The position numbers were made by a program, and so were the translations under genes. Positions 27,777-35,344 of a stretch of 63,047 nt of DNA are shown here, in pieces. The notes under the pieces are model-generated. The model did not search any database. It was not told the DNA's origin and saw only the letters and a program-made list of their open reading frames with translations. The DNA is from an uncultured Actinomycetes bacterium. GTDB lineage: Bacteria; Actinomycetota; Actinomycetes; S36-B12; UBA10799. Where the stretch lies: the NCBI GenBank assembly GCA_964556255.1, contig CAZKVQ010000012.1, positions 1 to 63,047 on the forward strand, given 5' to 3'. The stretch's first letter is position 1. Each line of letters starts with the position of its first letter.

Positions 27777-29047
27777 TGGTCGGCATGAGGGCCGTGCTGG
27801 CCGACCTATCCACCCCGCGTTATCTGTACACCGCGGCGGCCCAGAAAGCTCCGCTGGGCCGCGGCAAGTCCGCCGGCTGGGGGCCGGGCGGACTGCTGCG
27901 GCTGGTGGACGACTACCCGCGACCAGATCTGCCCGCCGCAGCTGGCTGGCTTCGACTACGGCCCGAGCTCGCCGGCGTCTGTGGCAGCGATGTGGCGGTC
28001 GCCCATGCGAAGTCGTCCTTCGTACTGAGTGCCTTCTACCGAGCAGAGAAGCAGATCCTCGGCCACGAGATCGTCGCCGTCGTCGAGGATGTGGGGCCTG
28101 GCGGTAGCGGGCGCTTCTCGCCAGGAGACCGAGTGGCCATCGATCCGGTGCTGGCGTGCTACCAGCGGGGTTTCGACCCTGCTTGTAGGAGTTGCCAGGA
28201 GGGCCACCCCTACATCTGTGAGCGCTTCGACGAGCCGGGGGTGAGTGGCTGTACCTCTCCGACAATCGGTTTCGATGCTGCGCTCGGGGGCGGCTGGAGC
28301 GAGTTCGTCGTCGCCCACGAGTCGCAGCTGTACCCGGTCGGTGACATCCCTTCACGCCGGGCTGTCCTCGCCGAGCCGGCCTCCATCGGTCTGCACGCGG
28401 CGTTGCAGTGGCGCCGGCGGGGAGATCGCGCCGTCGTCATCGGGCCGGGCACTATCGGTTTGCTCGTCACCGCCGCCCTGCGCATGCTCCATCCTGACCT
28501 GGACATTCTCGTGGTGGCGCCCAACCCGTTCGGGGCAGCCCAGGCGATGGCAGCGGGTGCCAGCCGGACGCTTCCCGCCGGTCCCGAGGCCGTAGATGCC
28601 GTGGCGGCCAGTGATGGCGGGCGTGTCTTGCGCGCGAGGATGACGAAGACCGGCATCCTCGAGCATGGAGTGGACGTCGTGTTCGATTGCGTCGCCTCCC
28701 CCGCGACCCTGGACCTGGGTATGCACCTGTTACGCGCCACCGGAATGCTCGTGGTAGTGGGAACCGCCGGCAAGCAGGACGTGGATTGGTCCCTAGTGTG
28801 GAATAGGCAGTTGACCGTGCAGGGCACGATCAACTTCGGTCCCGAGCCGTCCCTTGGAGGTCGCCACACGATGGCGCAGGTCGTGGAGTGGCTGGGCGAC
28901 GCGGACTACCCTGTCGACGGCATCGTCACCCACACCTTCGACCTCCCGGAATGGAAACGCGCGCTCGAAACGGCCTCGGCGGGTCCCAACGCCTCGGCGG
29001 TGAAGACGACCCTGCGCCCCAATACCGAGATCCCGCTCGTCGATTGA
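27776..29047 (+). CDS. Zinc-dependent medium-chain dehydrogenase/reductase
   Basis: GVCGSD, GHE, structural-Zn cluster CYQRGFDPACRSCQEGHPYIC, LAEP, GPGTIG; TGATG coupling to the FMO. Confidence 0.9.
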   Translation: MVGMRAVLADLSTPRYLYTAAAQKAPLGRGKSAGWGPGGLLRLVDDYPRPDLPAAAGWLRLRPELAGVCGSDVAVAHAKSSFVLSAFYRAEKQILGHEIVAVVEDVGPGGSGRFSPGDRVAIDPVLACYQRGFDPACRSCQEGHPYICERFDEPGVSGCTSPTIGFDAALGGGWSEFVVAHESQLYPVGDIPSRRAVLAEPASIGLHAALQWRRRGDRAVVIGPGTIGLLVTAALRMLHPDLDILVVAPNPFGAAQAMAAGASRTLPAGPEAVDAVAASDGGRVLRARMTKTGILEHGVDVVFDCVASPATLDLGMHLLRATGMLVVVGTAGKQDVDWSLVWNRQLTVQGTINFGPEPSLGGRHTMAQVVEWLGDADYPVDGIVTHTFDLPEWKRALETASAGPNASAVKTTLRPNTEIPLVD

Positions 29048-29144
29048 CACCAGGCATCGATCTGCACTGCGACTGTTTTCGGTACACCGACCCCCGCGGC
29101 GCGGCACCATTGCGGTGAGTGCCGTCGGAAGTTGGTGATCCACG

Positions 29145-30203
29145 TTGGTAGAACGCGCCGCGCATGTGCGTGCCCGCCACCGACGCGCCGACGACACCCG
29201 CGTCCGGTGGGCACTCGCTGTGGGCGCCTGCGCTCTGGCCAGCATCCCCGTGGGACTCGCGATCTGGACCCCATCGGCCGCGCAGCAGCCGGCGGATCCC
29301 GGCGTTTTCGAAGCGTCGAAGCCCGAACAGCAGATCGATGACTTGGTGGCGGATACAACGTCCGGGCTGCTACCGACCTCCAGGCCGACCGCGACTCCTC
29401 CCCCGCGACCGGCCAAGGCACCCTCGTTGCCGCACATGGCCGCCTGGAAATCAGCCGCTGGCGCCGACACCATCTCGGTCGCGACCTCAGCAGCTCCTCT
29501 GATCGCCCAGGCCGAGTTGCTGGCGCTGGTCAGAGCGGCGTTCCCGGCGGACCAGGTCACGAATGCGATGGCGGTGGCCGACTGCGAGTCCGGCCAGCAG
29601 TCCATCATCGGACAGCAGAACAACGACGGTTCGACCGACTGGGGCATCTTCCAACTCAACGATGCCGGGACCCTGCAATCCGCGTTGGCGAGCATCGGTC
29701 AACCAACCTCGACGCTGGCATCGGCACAGGCAGCAGCGTTGGATCCCCTCACGAACGTGGCGGCGGCCGCCCGGATCTACGCCGACCGTGGCTGGGCACC
29801 GTGGGTGTGCGCCTACAAGAAGGGCATCGTGGCAGCGCTGTGGTCCAACACTCCCGGGCCGCTCGCCGGGAAGTACTCGATCGATGGCACGACGACCTTC
29901 GATCTCACTCCCGATGCCCTTCCACCACAGCGGCAGACGACGTCCCCGGCTTCACCGACACCGTCACCACCGACACCGTCACCACCGGCTGGCACACCCG
30001 CAACGCCGTCGATCACCCCGAGCCAGCCCCGACAGCCCAAGCCACCCGCCTCGACCCGACCAACCGCGGGTGCGGGAACCCCGTCGTCCAGCGCATCCGG
30101 AACCCCCAAGGTCACACCTCGCCCGTCGTTGTCACCGACGCCGACGACCACCGCCAGAGGGACCCCCCGAACAGCTGAGGCATCACGACCTAGTTCGAGT
30201 TGA
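29145..30203 (+). CDS. Secreted/membrane-anchored lysozyme-like transglycosylase with a Pro/Thr/Ser-rich tail
   Basis: N-terminal hydrophobic segment; CES catalytic Glu; NNDGSTDWGIFQLN; RGWAPWVC. Start (TTG) uncertain. Confidence 0.8.
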   Translation: MVERAAHVRARHRRADDTRVRWALAVGACALASIPVGLAIWTPSAAQQPADPGVFEASKPEQQIDDLVADTTSGLLPTSRPTATPPPRPAKAPSLPHMAAWKSAAGADTISVATSAAPLIAQAELLALVRAAFPADQVTNAMAVADCESGQQSIIGQQNNDGSTDWGIFQLNDAGTLQSALASIGQPTSTLASAQAAALDPLTNVAAAARIYADRGWAPWVCAYKKGIVAALWSNTPGPLAGKYSIDGTTTFDLTPDALPPQRQTTSPASPTPSPPTPSPPAGTPATPSITPSQPRQPKPPASTRPTAGAGTPSSSASGTPKVTPRPSLSPTPTTTARGTPRTAEASRPSSS

Positions 30204-30211
30204 CCCCAGGC

Positions 30212-31138
30212 TCAACGCATGCGGTGCGCCAAGCGCCGGTCCAACCGCACTTCGTCGGCCGCTGTATAGACACCGGCGGCGCTGATCTTCGACCAGCGGG
30301 CGTCGAGTTTGGCCAGCTGGTCGGCAGCGGCCAAACGGCCCGCGTCCAGGCGCTCGTCGCACTGATCCCACTGGACCCAGCCCGGTTCGGCGGCCGACAA
30401 CACAATGATGGGCACGCTCAGGGCCGCCGCGGCCACATCCAACGACGCTTTGCTGTCGAGTTGGGCGCGGACCGCGGCGAGCACCACCCGGTACCAACGG
30501 GCCGGAGGTACCGCCGAGATGTGCGGCTCCGGTCGACCGGTGTCCAGCACGACGATCGACTTCGCGCCAGCAGCGAGCGCCTGCAGAACCGGTTGCGGGG
30601 CGGCGAACCCGCCGTCGATCACGACATCACCATTGTCCAGCAGCACCGGATTCGTCAGGACCGGATGCGCAGCCGCCATGAGTACCGCGTCGAGAACCGG
30701 CCCAGTGTCAATCGTCAGGGGGGTCTGTCGGCTGAGGTTGGTGGCAACGAGAGTACAGCCCGTATCGTCCAGGAGCAGGTCTCCGAAATACGGCTCTAGC
30801 AGCGCCACCCACGTCTTGGTGATCGCCTGCCCCTCGCCGCCGGCAGCAGCGCGGGCCACGCGCGGCCAACCGGGCTGCGAGGCTCTACTTGTGGCGATCT
30901 CCCGCCACAGAGCCGTCGCCACCTGGGGTGCCTGATCCGGACTCGTCGCGAGCACGGCCACCGTCAGGGCACCACCTGAGGAGCCGACCGCGAGATCTGG
31001 GCGCCAGCCGTCAGCCAGCACTACCTCGAGCATCGCCGCCCCGGCGACACAGTTCTGCTCCCCGGCACCGAGTACCAGCGCCGTCGGCCTCGGCAGGTCC
31101 GTAAGCAGCGCGGTCGGATTCCGCCTTCCGGCATTCAC
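30212..31138 (-). CDS. Patatin-like phospholipase with a degenerate glycine loop
   Basis: LVLGAGEQN in place of GGGxxG, GSSGG nucleophile, IDGG. Confidence 0.8.
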   Translation of the reverse strand: MNAGRRNPTALLTDLPRPTALVLGAGEQNCVAGAAMLEVVLADGWRPDLAVGSSGGALTVAVLATSPDQAPQVATALWREIATSRASQPGWPRVARAAAGGEGQAITKTWVALLEPYFGDLLLDDTGCTLVATNLSRQTPLTIDTGPVLDAVLMAAAHPVLTNPVLLDNGDVVIDGGFAAPQPVLQALAAGAKSIVVLDTGRPEPHISAVPPARWYRVVLAAVRAQLDSKASLDVAAAALSVPIIVLSAAEPGWVQWDQCDERLDAGRLAAADQLAKLDARWSKISAAGVYTAADEVRLDRRLAHRMR

Positions 31139-31139
31139 T

Positions 31140-32207
31140 TCACGTCACCGCCTCGTCGGAGGGCTGCTCGGCGGACGGACGAGCAGACTCCCCCACCTCA
31201 ACGGGTCGGAGCAGGTCCTGCAATGCACCGACGCCCCCCACGAAGGCATCGGGGCGTGCGTACAGCCCGGGCGGCAGGTGACCACGCCCGACCGAGCGCG
31301 GCAGGTCGATCAGGAACCCCTGGCCCAGTGCGTATGCCTGTCGGGCCGACGCGACACTGTCTGCGAAGTTCAGGGCGCCGCTCAAACCGGTCGGCGTCGG
31401 CAGGTACAGAACCGGCACTTCAGAGGCCGCGGCCACCAGAGAGGTGACCCGCTGCTGAGCGGTGAGCATGGCATTGATCGCGGGCACGACTTGTGCCAGC
31501 GAGGTACCCACCGGCCTTGCGGCTGAACTCCCGGTGTCGAGGACGACGATGCTACGGGCCCCGCGCGCCACCGCCACGGCGGCTGGAAGATTCGCACTGG
31601 CGAGGCCGTCGATGTACCAACGGCCGTCGATCCGGACCGGCGGGAAGACCCCTGGTATCGCCGAGGATGCCAACAATGCCTGCAACAGGTCACCCCGGTC
31701 CAGCGCGGCGGGCTGGCCACTGTCCAGGTCGGTCGCCACGGCCACCAGAGGCAGCACGAGTTCGTCGAAATCGCGCGCCCGGTAGACCCGCTCGAAGGTC
31801 GCGAGCACGGCTGAGCTGTCAGCAAGTGCCGGCTTCGAGACGTTGCTCGGTTTGACCATGCCGAGCCAGCCCTGCGGGATGAGGTCGGGAAGTTCCAGGC
31901 CGGACCAGAGGTAGCCCAATCTCGAGGGAGCCGCCACCGGATCCTCCGCGATCAGCGCTCCGGTGAGAGCCCCGGCGCTGGACCCCACCAGTTGGTCGCT
32001 CACCAGATCGGTCTCGCGGAGGGCCTGTAGGGTACCCAGTTGCACGGCCCCGTGGGCCCCGCCGCCGGCCAGCACCCAATGACACGGCGTCGGCAGGGCG
32101 GACGCCAACCGGAGGATGCCGTGGTGCCGCCGCAATACCTCCGCCGGGCGCGGGGGCGGCACGCTGAGGCCCGAGACCGCCTTGGATGACCGTCGTAGCA
32201 GAGCCAT
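31140..32207 (-). CDS. Patatin-like phospholipase
   Basis: VLAGGGAHG, GSSAG, LLASSAIPGVFPP, IDGL. Confidence 0.9.
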   Translation of the reverse strand: MALLRRSSKAVSGLSVPPPRPAEVLRRHHGILRLASALPTPCHWVLAGGGAHGAVQLGTLQALRETDLVSDQLVGSSAGALTGALIAEDPVAAPSRLGYLWSGLELPDLIPQGWLGMVKPSNVSKPALADSSAVLATFERVYRARDFDELVLPLVAVATDLDSGQPAALDRGDLLQALLASSAIPGVFPPVRIDGRWYIDGLASANLPAAVAVARGARSIVVLDTGSSAARPVGTSLAQVVPAINAMLTAQQRVTSLVAAASEVPVLYLPTPTGLSGALNFADSVASARQAYALGQGFLIDLPRSVGRGHLPPGLYARPDAFVGGVGALQDLLRPVEVGESARPSAEQPSDEAVT

Positions 32208-32233
32208 GTGGGCATCCTCTCAGAGTTGGGGCC

Positions 32234-32239
32234 TACGAT
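32234..32239 (+). promoter_or_regulatory. -10 element (TACGAT), leaderless-type, for the glycerophosphodiesterase
   Basis: TANNNT 7 nt before GTG 32247. Confidence 0.55.
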
Positions 32240-32246
32240 CACTGAC

Positions 32247-33017
32247 GTGGAGTTGCACCCGTTCCTGCGCCGTGGTCGACCGATAGCGATGGCCCATCGC
32301 GGGGGCGCCAAGGAGGCACCGGAGAACACTCCGGCGGCGTTTCAGAGGGCCGTCGATCTGGGGTTCGACTACGTCGAGAGCGACCTTCGGACAACCAGGG
32401 ACGGCGTGGTGGTGCTGCACCATGATGCGTCGCTCGAACGCACCGGAGGCCTGAACGTGTCAGTCGACAGCCTCGATTGGTCCGAACTCGCCGAGGTCCC
32501 GCTCCCCCAGGACGAGCGGATCATGCGCCTCGACGACGCGCTGGCAACGTGGCCGAGCGTGCACTGGAACCTCGACATCAAAGACGATCGAACCTTGGAA
32601 CCAGCGCTCGCCGCGCTGGACTCCCCCGAGGTCCTCGAACGCGTGTGTATTTCGTCGTTCTCCTCAGCACGGGTTCGAGCGGCCAGAAAGGAACTCGGCC
32701 CCGACGCGGCCACGAGCGCCACGCCGAACGAAGTGGCCACCATCATGGGTGCAAGTCTCGCGCGCCCCTTCCTTCGGGCGTTGCGTCGACACCTGCCCTC
32801 CCTCCCTGTGGCCATGCAGGTGCCCCGCTCGCAGGGTGGCGTCCCAGTGGTGACCCGACGCACGATCGCGTTGGCACACGACCTCGGAATACAGGTGCAT
32901 GTGTGGGTGGTCGACGACGAGGCCGACATGGACCAGCTGTTGGACATGGGCGTCGATGGCCTGATAACGGACGCTCCGACTACTCTGCGTAGTGTTTTGG
33001 ATCGTCGCGGTTCCTAA
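32247..33017 (+). CDS. Glycerophosphodiester phosphodiesterase (GDPD/GlpQ-UgpQ family)
   Basis: AHRGG, PENT, VESDLR-x-TRDG-x-VVLHHD, VHVWVVD, GVDGLITD. Confidence 0.92.
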   Translation: MELHPFLRRGRPIAMAHRGGAKEAPENTPAAFQRAVDLGFDYVESDLRTTRDGVVVLHHDASLERTGGLNVSVDSLDWSELAEVPLPQDERIMRLDDALATWPSVHWNLDIKDDRTLEPALAALDSPEVLERVCISSFSSARVRAARKELGPDAATSATPNEVATIMGASLARPFLRALRRHLPSLPVAMQVPRSQGGVPVVTRRTIALAHDLGIQVHVWVVDDEADMDQLLDMGVDGLITDAPTTLRSVLDRRGS

Positions 33018-33198
33018 CCAGGGCTATTTACCTGATCCTTACCTCCACCTGACCGGTAGACGGATCCAGACACGCCACAGTTGCGTCTGAAAGGAAACAG
33101 TTCGCCTGCTTGGCGGTGCGAGGTGCCCTGAAGGTACCTGCTCCGTGACGGATGTGGCCCACCTCACCCGTTCGGAGGTATGACGGCCGCCGAGAAGG

Positions 33199-33225
33199 GG
33201 AACAAAGAATGGTGAAGGGGTTGTT
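33199..33225 (+). promoter_or_regulatory. Possible SigR/SigE/SigH-type promoter of rbpA (GGAAC...GTT)
   Basis: GGAAC at 33199, then GTT at N16 or N19. The consensus spacing is about 17-19, and rbpA is known to be under such ECF sigma factors in other actinobacteria. Confidence 0.4.
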
Positions 33226-33306
33226 CATCTCCTACACCTCACACACCGGGCATCGAGCCCGCCGGTTGGTCCGGCCCTGCCTCGATCGCCCCAAGGAAGG
33301 ACGCAC

Positions 33307-33663
33307 ATGTCAGAGGGAGCACTCCGCGGGACCCGTTTGGGAGCCTCGAGTTACGAGACCGACGAGAACGTCGTGCTCGCGCCCCGGGCCGCGGTTCACT
33401 ATGACTGCCCTAACGGGCATACGCTCTCCATGCCCTTCTCCATCGAGGCGGAAGTTCCAAGCATGTGGGAGTGCCATTGCGGTGCCAGCGCGCTACTTCG
33501 TGACGGCGTGATGCCCGATGCCAAGCCTGTGAAGCCAGCCCGAACCCACTGGGACATGCTGCGTGAGCGCCGCAGTCTCGATGAGTTGGAGATTCTGCTG
33601 ACCGAGCGCCTTGACCTCCTCAACGGCGTCAAGGATTACTCCGACGAGCGTAAGAGCGCCTAG
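33307..33663 (+). CDS. rbpA: RNA polymerase-binding protein RbpA
   Basis: LRGTRLGASSYE, YDCPNGH, WEC-x-CG, KPARTHWDMLRERRSLDELE-x-LL-x-ERL. Confidence 0.97.
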   Translation: MSEGALRGTRLGASSYETDENVVLAPRAAVHYDCPNGHTLSMPFSIEAEVPSMWECHCGASALLRDGVMPDAKPVKPARTHWDMLRERRSLDELEILLTERLDLLNGVKDYSDERKSA

Positions 33664-33743
33664 TAGACCCGCAACCGCGGAGACGCTTCCGTGAGAAGGA
33701 CCTCCTCCCCCTCTCACGCTGCGGTTGGTGGTTGCACAGAAGA

Positions 33744-33782
33744 AGTCGAGGCCCGGACCGGGGAATGGTCCGGGCCTCGACT
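33744..33782. terminator. 16-bp perfect hairpin between convergent rbpA and fxsA
   Basis: agtcgaggcccggacc-ggggaat-ggtccgggcctcgact, flanked by agaag and cttgt. Confidence 0.8.
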
Positions 33783-33899
33783 CTTGTCCTGTGCCGCCGT
33801 CCCAACGGTTGTCTAACGTCGCCGCAGAGCCACGTTGGGCTCCCCTAGGCCCTTCAACTGCGCCTGCATGCCAACTGCGCCTGCCTGCGAGCTGTGCGC

Positions 33900-34499
33900 T
33901 CAGGGGGTCGCGTCGTCACCGCCCGGGCCGGATCCTGCTGCACCGGATCCGCCACCTCTCCCCCGGTCGTCATTCGGGCCGGCAACGATCTCGCCGGAGA
34001 TGATCACCGGGCCCTGCGACGTACCCGGTGACGTATCCGGGGAGCGCTGATCAGGCCGCGATCCGGAAGGGCCAGCCACCGTCTCCCCCTCGATGATCGT
34101 GACTCGCTTGTATCCCTGTTGGCTGGCCATCGCCGAGACCCTGCCACCGAAGGATCGACCAATCAGGCGGCGGGTGGGCGGAAACACGAACACTAGGCCG
34201 ACCGCCCCGGTGATGTACCCGGGCAGGATCAGCAACAGGCCTCCGAGGAAAAGCAGACTGGCGTCACCCACGTCGCCGGGCAATGTCGTCTGCATGATGC
34301 CCGGATCCACCTGCGCCTCCCGGGCGAGCCGCGACCACTTCTGGCTGGCCCGGCGAACCATTGCGATCCCGAAGCCGAACAACAGGGCCCCTGAGATCAG
34401 CACGGGTCCCCAGCCGAAGTGATGCACCAACCAGACGACCAGAGCGATCTCGGCGAACGGCAGCGCGATCACCGCGACAAGGATCAGCAGTGCGCGCAT
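33900..34499 (-). CDS. fxsA: FxsA family membrane protein
   Basis: LPFAEIALVV, LLFLGGLLLILPGYITGAVGL-x4-PPTR; position next to ppm1. Confidence 0.9.
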   Translation of the reverse strand: MRALLILVAVIALPFAEIALVVWLVHHFGWGPVLISGALLFGFGIAMVRRASQKWSRLAREAQVDPGIMQTTLPGDVGDASLLFLGGLLLILPGYITGAVGLVFVFPPTRRLIGRSFGGRVSAMASQQGYKRVTIIEGETVAGPSGSRPDQRSPDTSPGTSQGPVIISGEIVAGPNDDRGRGGGSGAAGSGPGGDDATP

Positions 34500-34515
34500 G
34501 CGATGAACCCGCCTC

Positions 34516-35331
34516 CTACCAACCCTGCCCCGCGGAGTGCTTCTGCTTCGAGTTGCGGTAGCGACCTACCCGCCGCGTGCGGTCTCTCATCCCCCACACT
34601 GTCACCCGCCAGAGGGCCTCCGACACGATCTTCTGATTCATCTTGGAGTCGCCCACCTCCCGCTCGACGAATTCGATCGGTACCTCGGTGACGACATGGC
34701 CGCGTTGGATCGCCCGGTAAGCAAGATCCACCTGGAAGATGTACCCGGCGCTTCCGACACCGTGAAGATCCAGCGAGCGCAACGTGCTCGCGCGGAACGC
34801 GCGATAGCCGCCCGTGACATCCCGCAGCGGCAGTTTCAACGCGCGGCGGGTATACCAGTTGCCGCCACGGGACAGAACCTCCCGCGACTTCGGCCAGTTC
34901 ACGACACTGCCGCCCGGAACATACCGGGATCCCAGCACAAGGTCGGCACCTCGCAACGCGTCGAGCAGCAGCGGCAGTTCCTCCGGCTGGTGGGAGCCGT
35001 CGGCGTCCATCTCCACCAGCACGTCGAAATCGTTCTCCAGACCCCAGGCGAACCCGGCAAGGTAGGCCGCACCCAAGCCCTCCTTGCCCATGCGGTGCAT
35101 CACGTGGACGTGGTCATCTTCAGCAGCGATGCGGTCCGCGATGACGCCAGTCCCATCGGGGCTGTTGTCGTCGGCCACGAGGACGTGAACCTCCGGGGTG
35201 GCGGCACGCACCCGCGACACGATCGAGGACACGTTGTCCTTCTCGTTGTAGGTCGGGATGATGACCAGGATTCGACCGAGATCGGCGAATTCGGAATCGG
35301 TCGAGCCAGGGGCATCGTCGTGGCTGCTCAC
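34516..35331 (-). CDS. ppm1: Polyprenol monophosphomannose synthase (GT2)
   Basis: VIIPTYNE, DDNSPDGTG, KEGLGAAY-x-AGF, EMDADGSH-x-PE, DVTGGYRAFR, GYIFQVDL, FVEREVGDSKM. Start GTG 35331. Confidence 0.95.
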   Translation of the reverse strand: MSSHDDAPGSTDSEFADLGRILVIIPTYNEKDNVSSIVSRVRAATPEVHVLVADDNSPDGTGVIADRIAAEDDHVHVMHRMGKEGLGAAYLAGFAWGLENDFDVLVEMDADGSHQPEELPLLLDALRGADLVLGSRYVPGGSVVNWPKSREVLSRGGNWYTRRALKLPLRDVTGGYRAFRASTLRSLDLHGVGSAGYIFQVDLAYRAIQRGHVVTEVPIEFVEREVGDSKMNQKIVSEALWRVTVWGMRDRTRRVGRYRNSKQKHSAGQGW

Positions 35332-35338
35332 ATGGCAA

Positions 35339-35344
35339 ACCTTA
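35339..35344 (-). promoter_or_regulatory. -10 element (TAAGGT), leaderless-type, for ppm1
   Basis: TANNNT 7 nt before GTG 35331, overlapping the lnt stop. Confidence 0.5.

Noticed and set aside
29048-29144. c-di-AMP (ydaO) riboswitch upstream of the lysozyme/Rpf-like gene, and in-frame GTG 29115...TGA 29136 as readthrough or selenocysteine
   Set aside because: The region is too short and lacks the conserved ydaO segments. The upstream 7 codons add nothing recognisable and I saw no SECIS-like hairpin, so it is probably chance.
29953-29987. 15-nt tandem repeat (PTPSP) and other Ser/Pro/Thr/Ala low-complexity runs in PilO, the binding protein, TatA, FKBP and the cupredoxin
   Set aside because: These are ordinary disordered linkers of actinobacterial surface proteins, not CRISPR repeats or iterons.
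33180-33215. uORF MTAAEKGNKEW in the rbpA upstream region
   Set aside because: GGAGGT abuts the ATG with no spacer, and the ORF overlaps the probable promoter, so it is likely upstream of the TSS.
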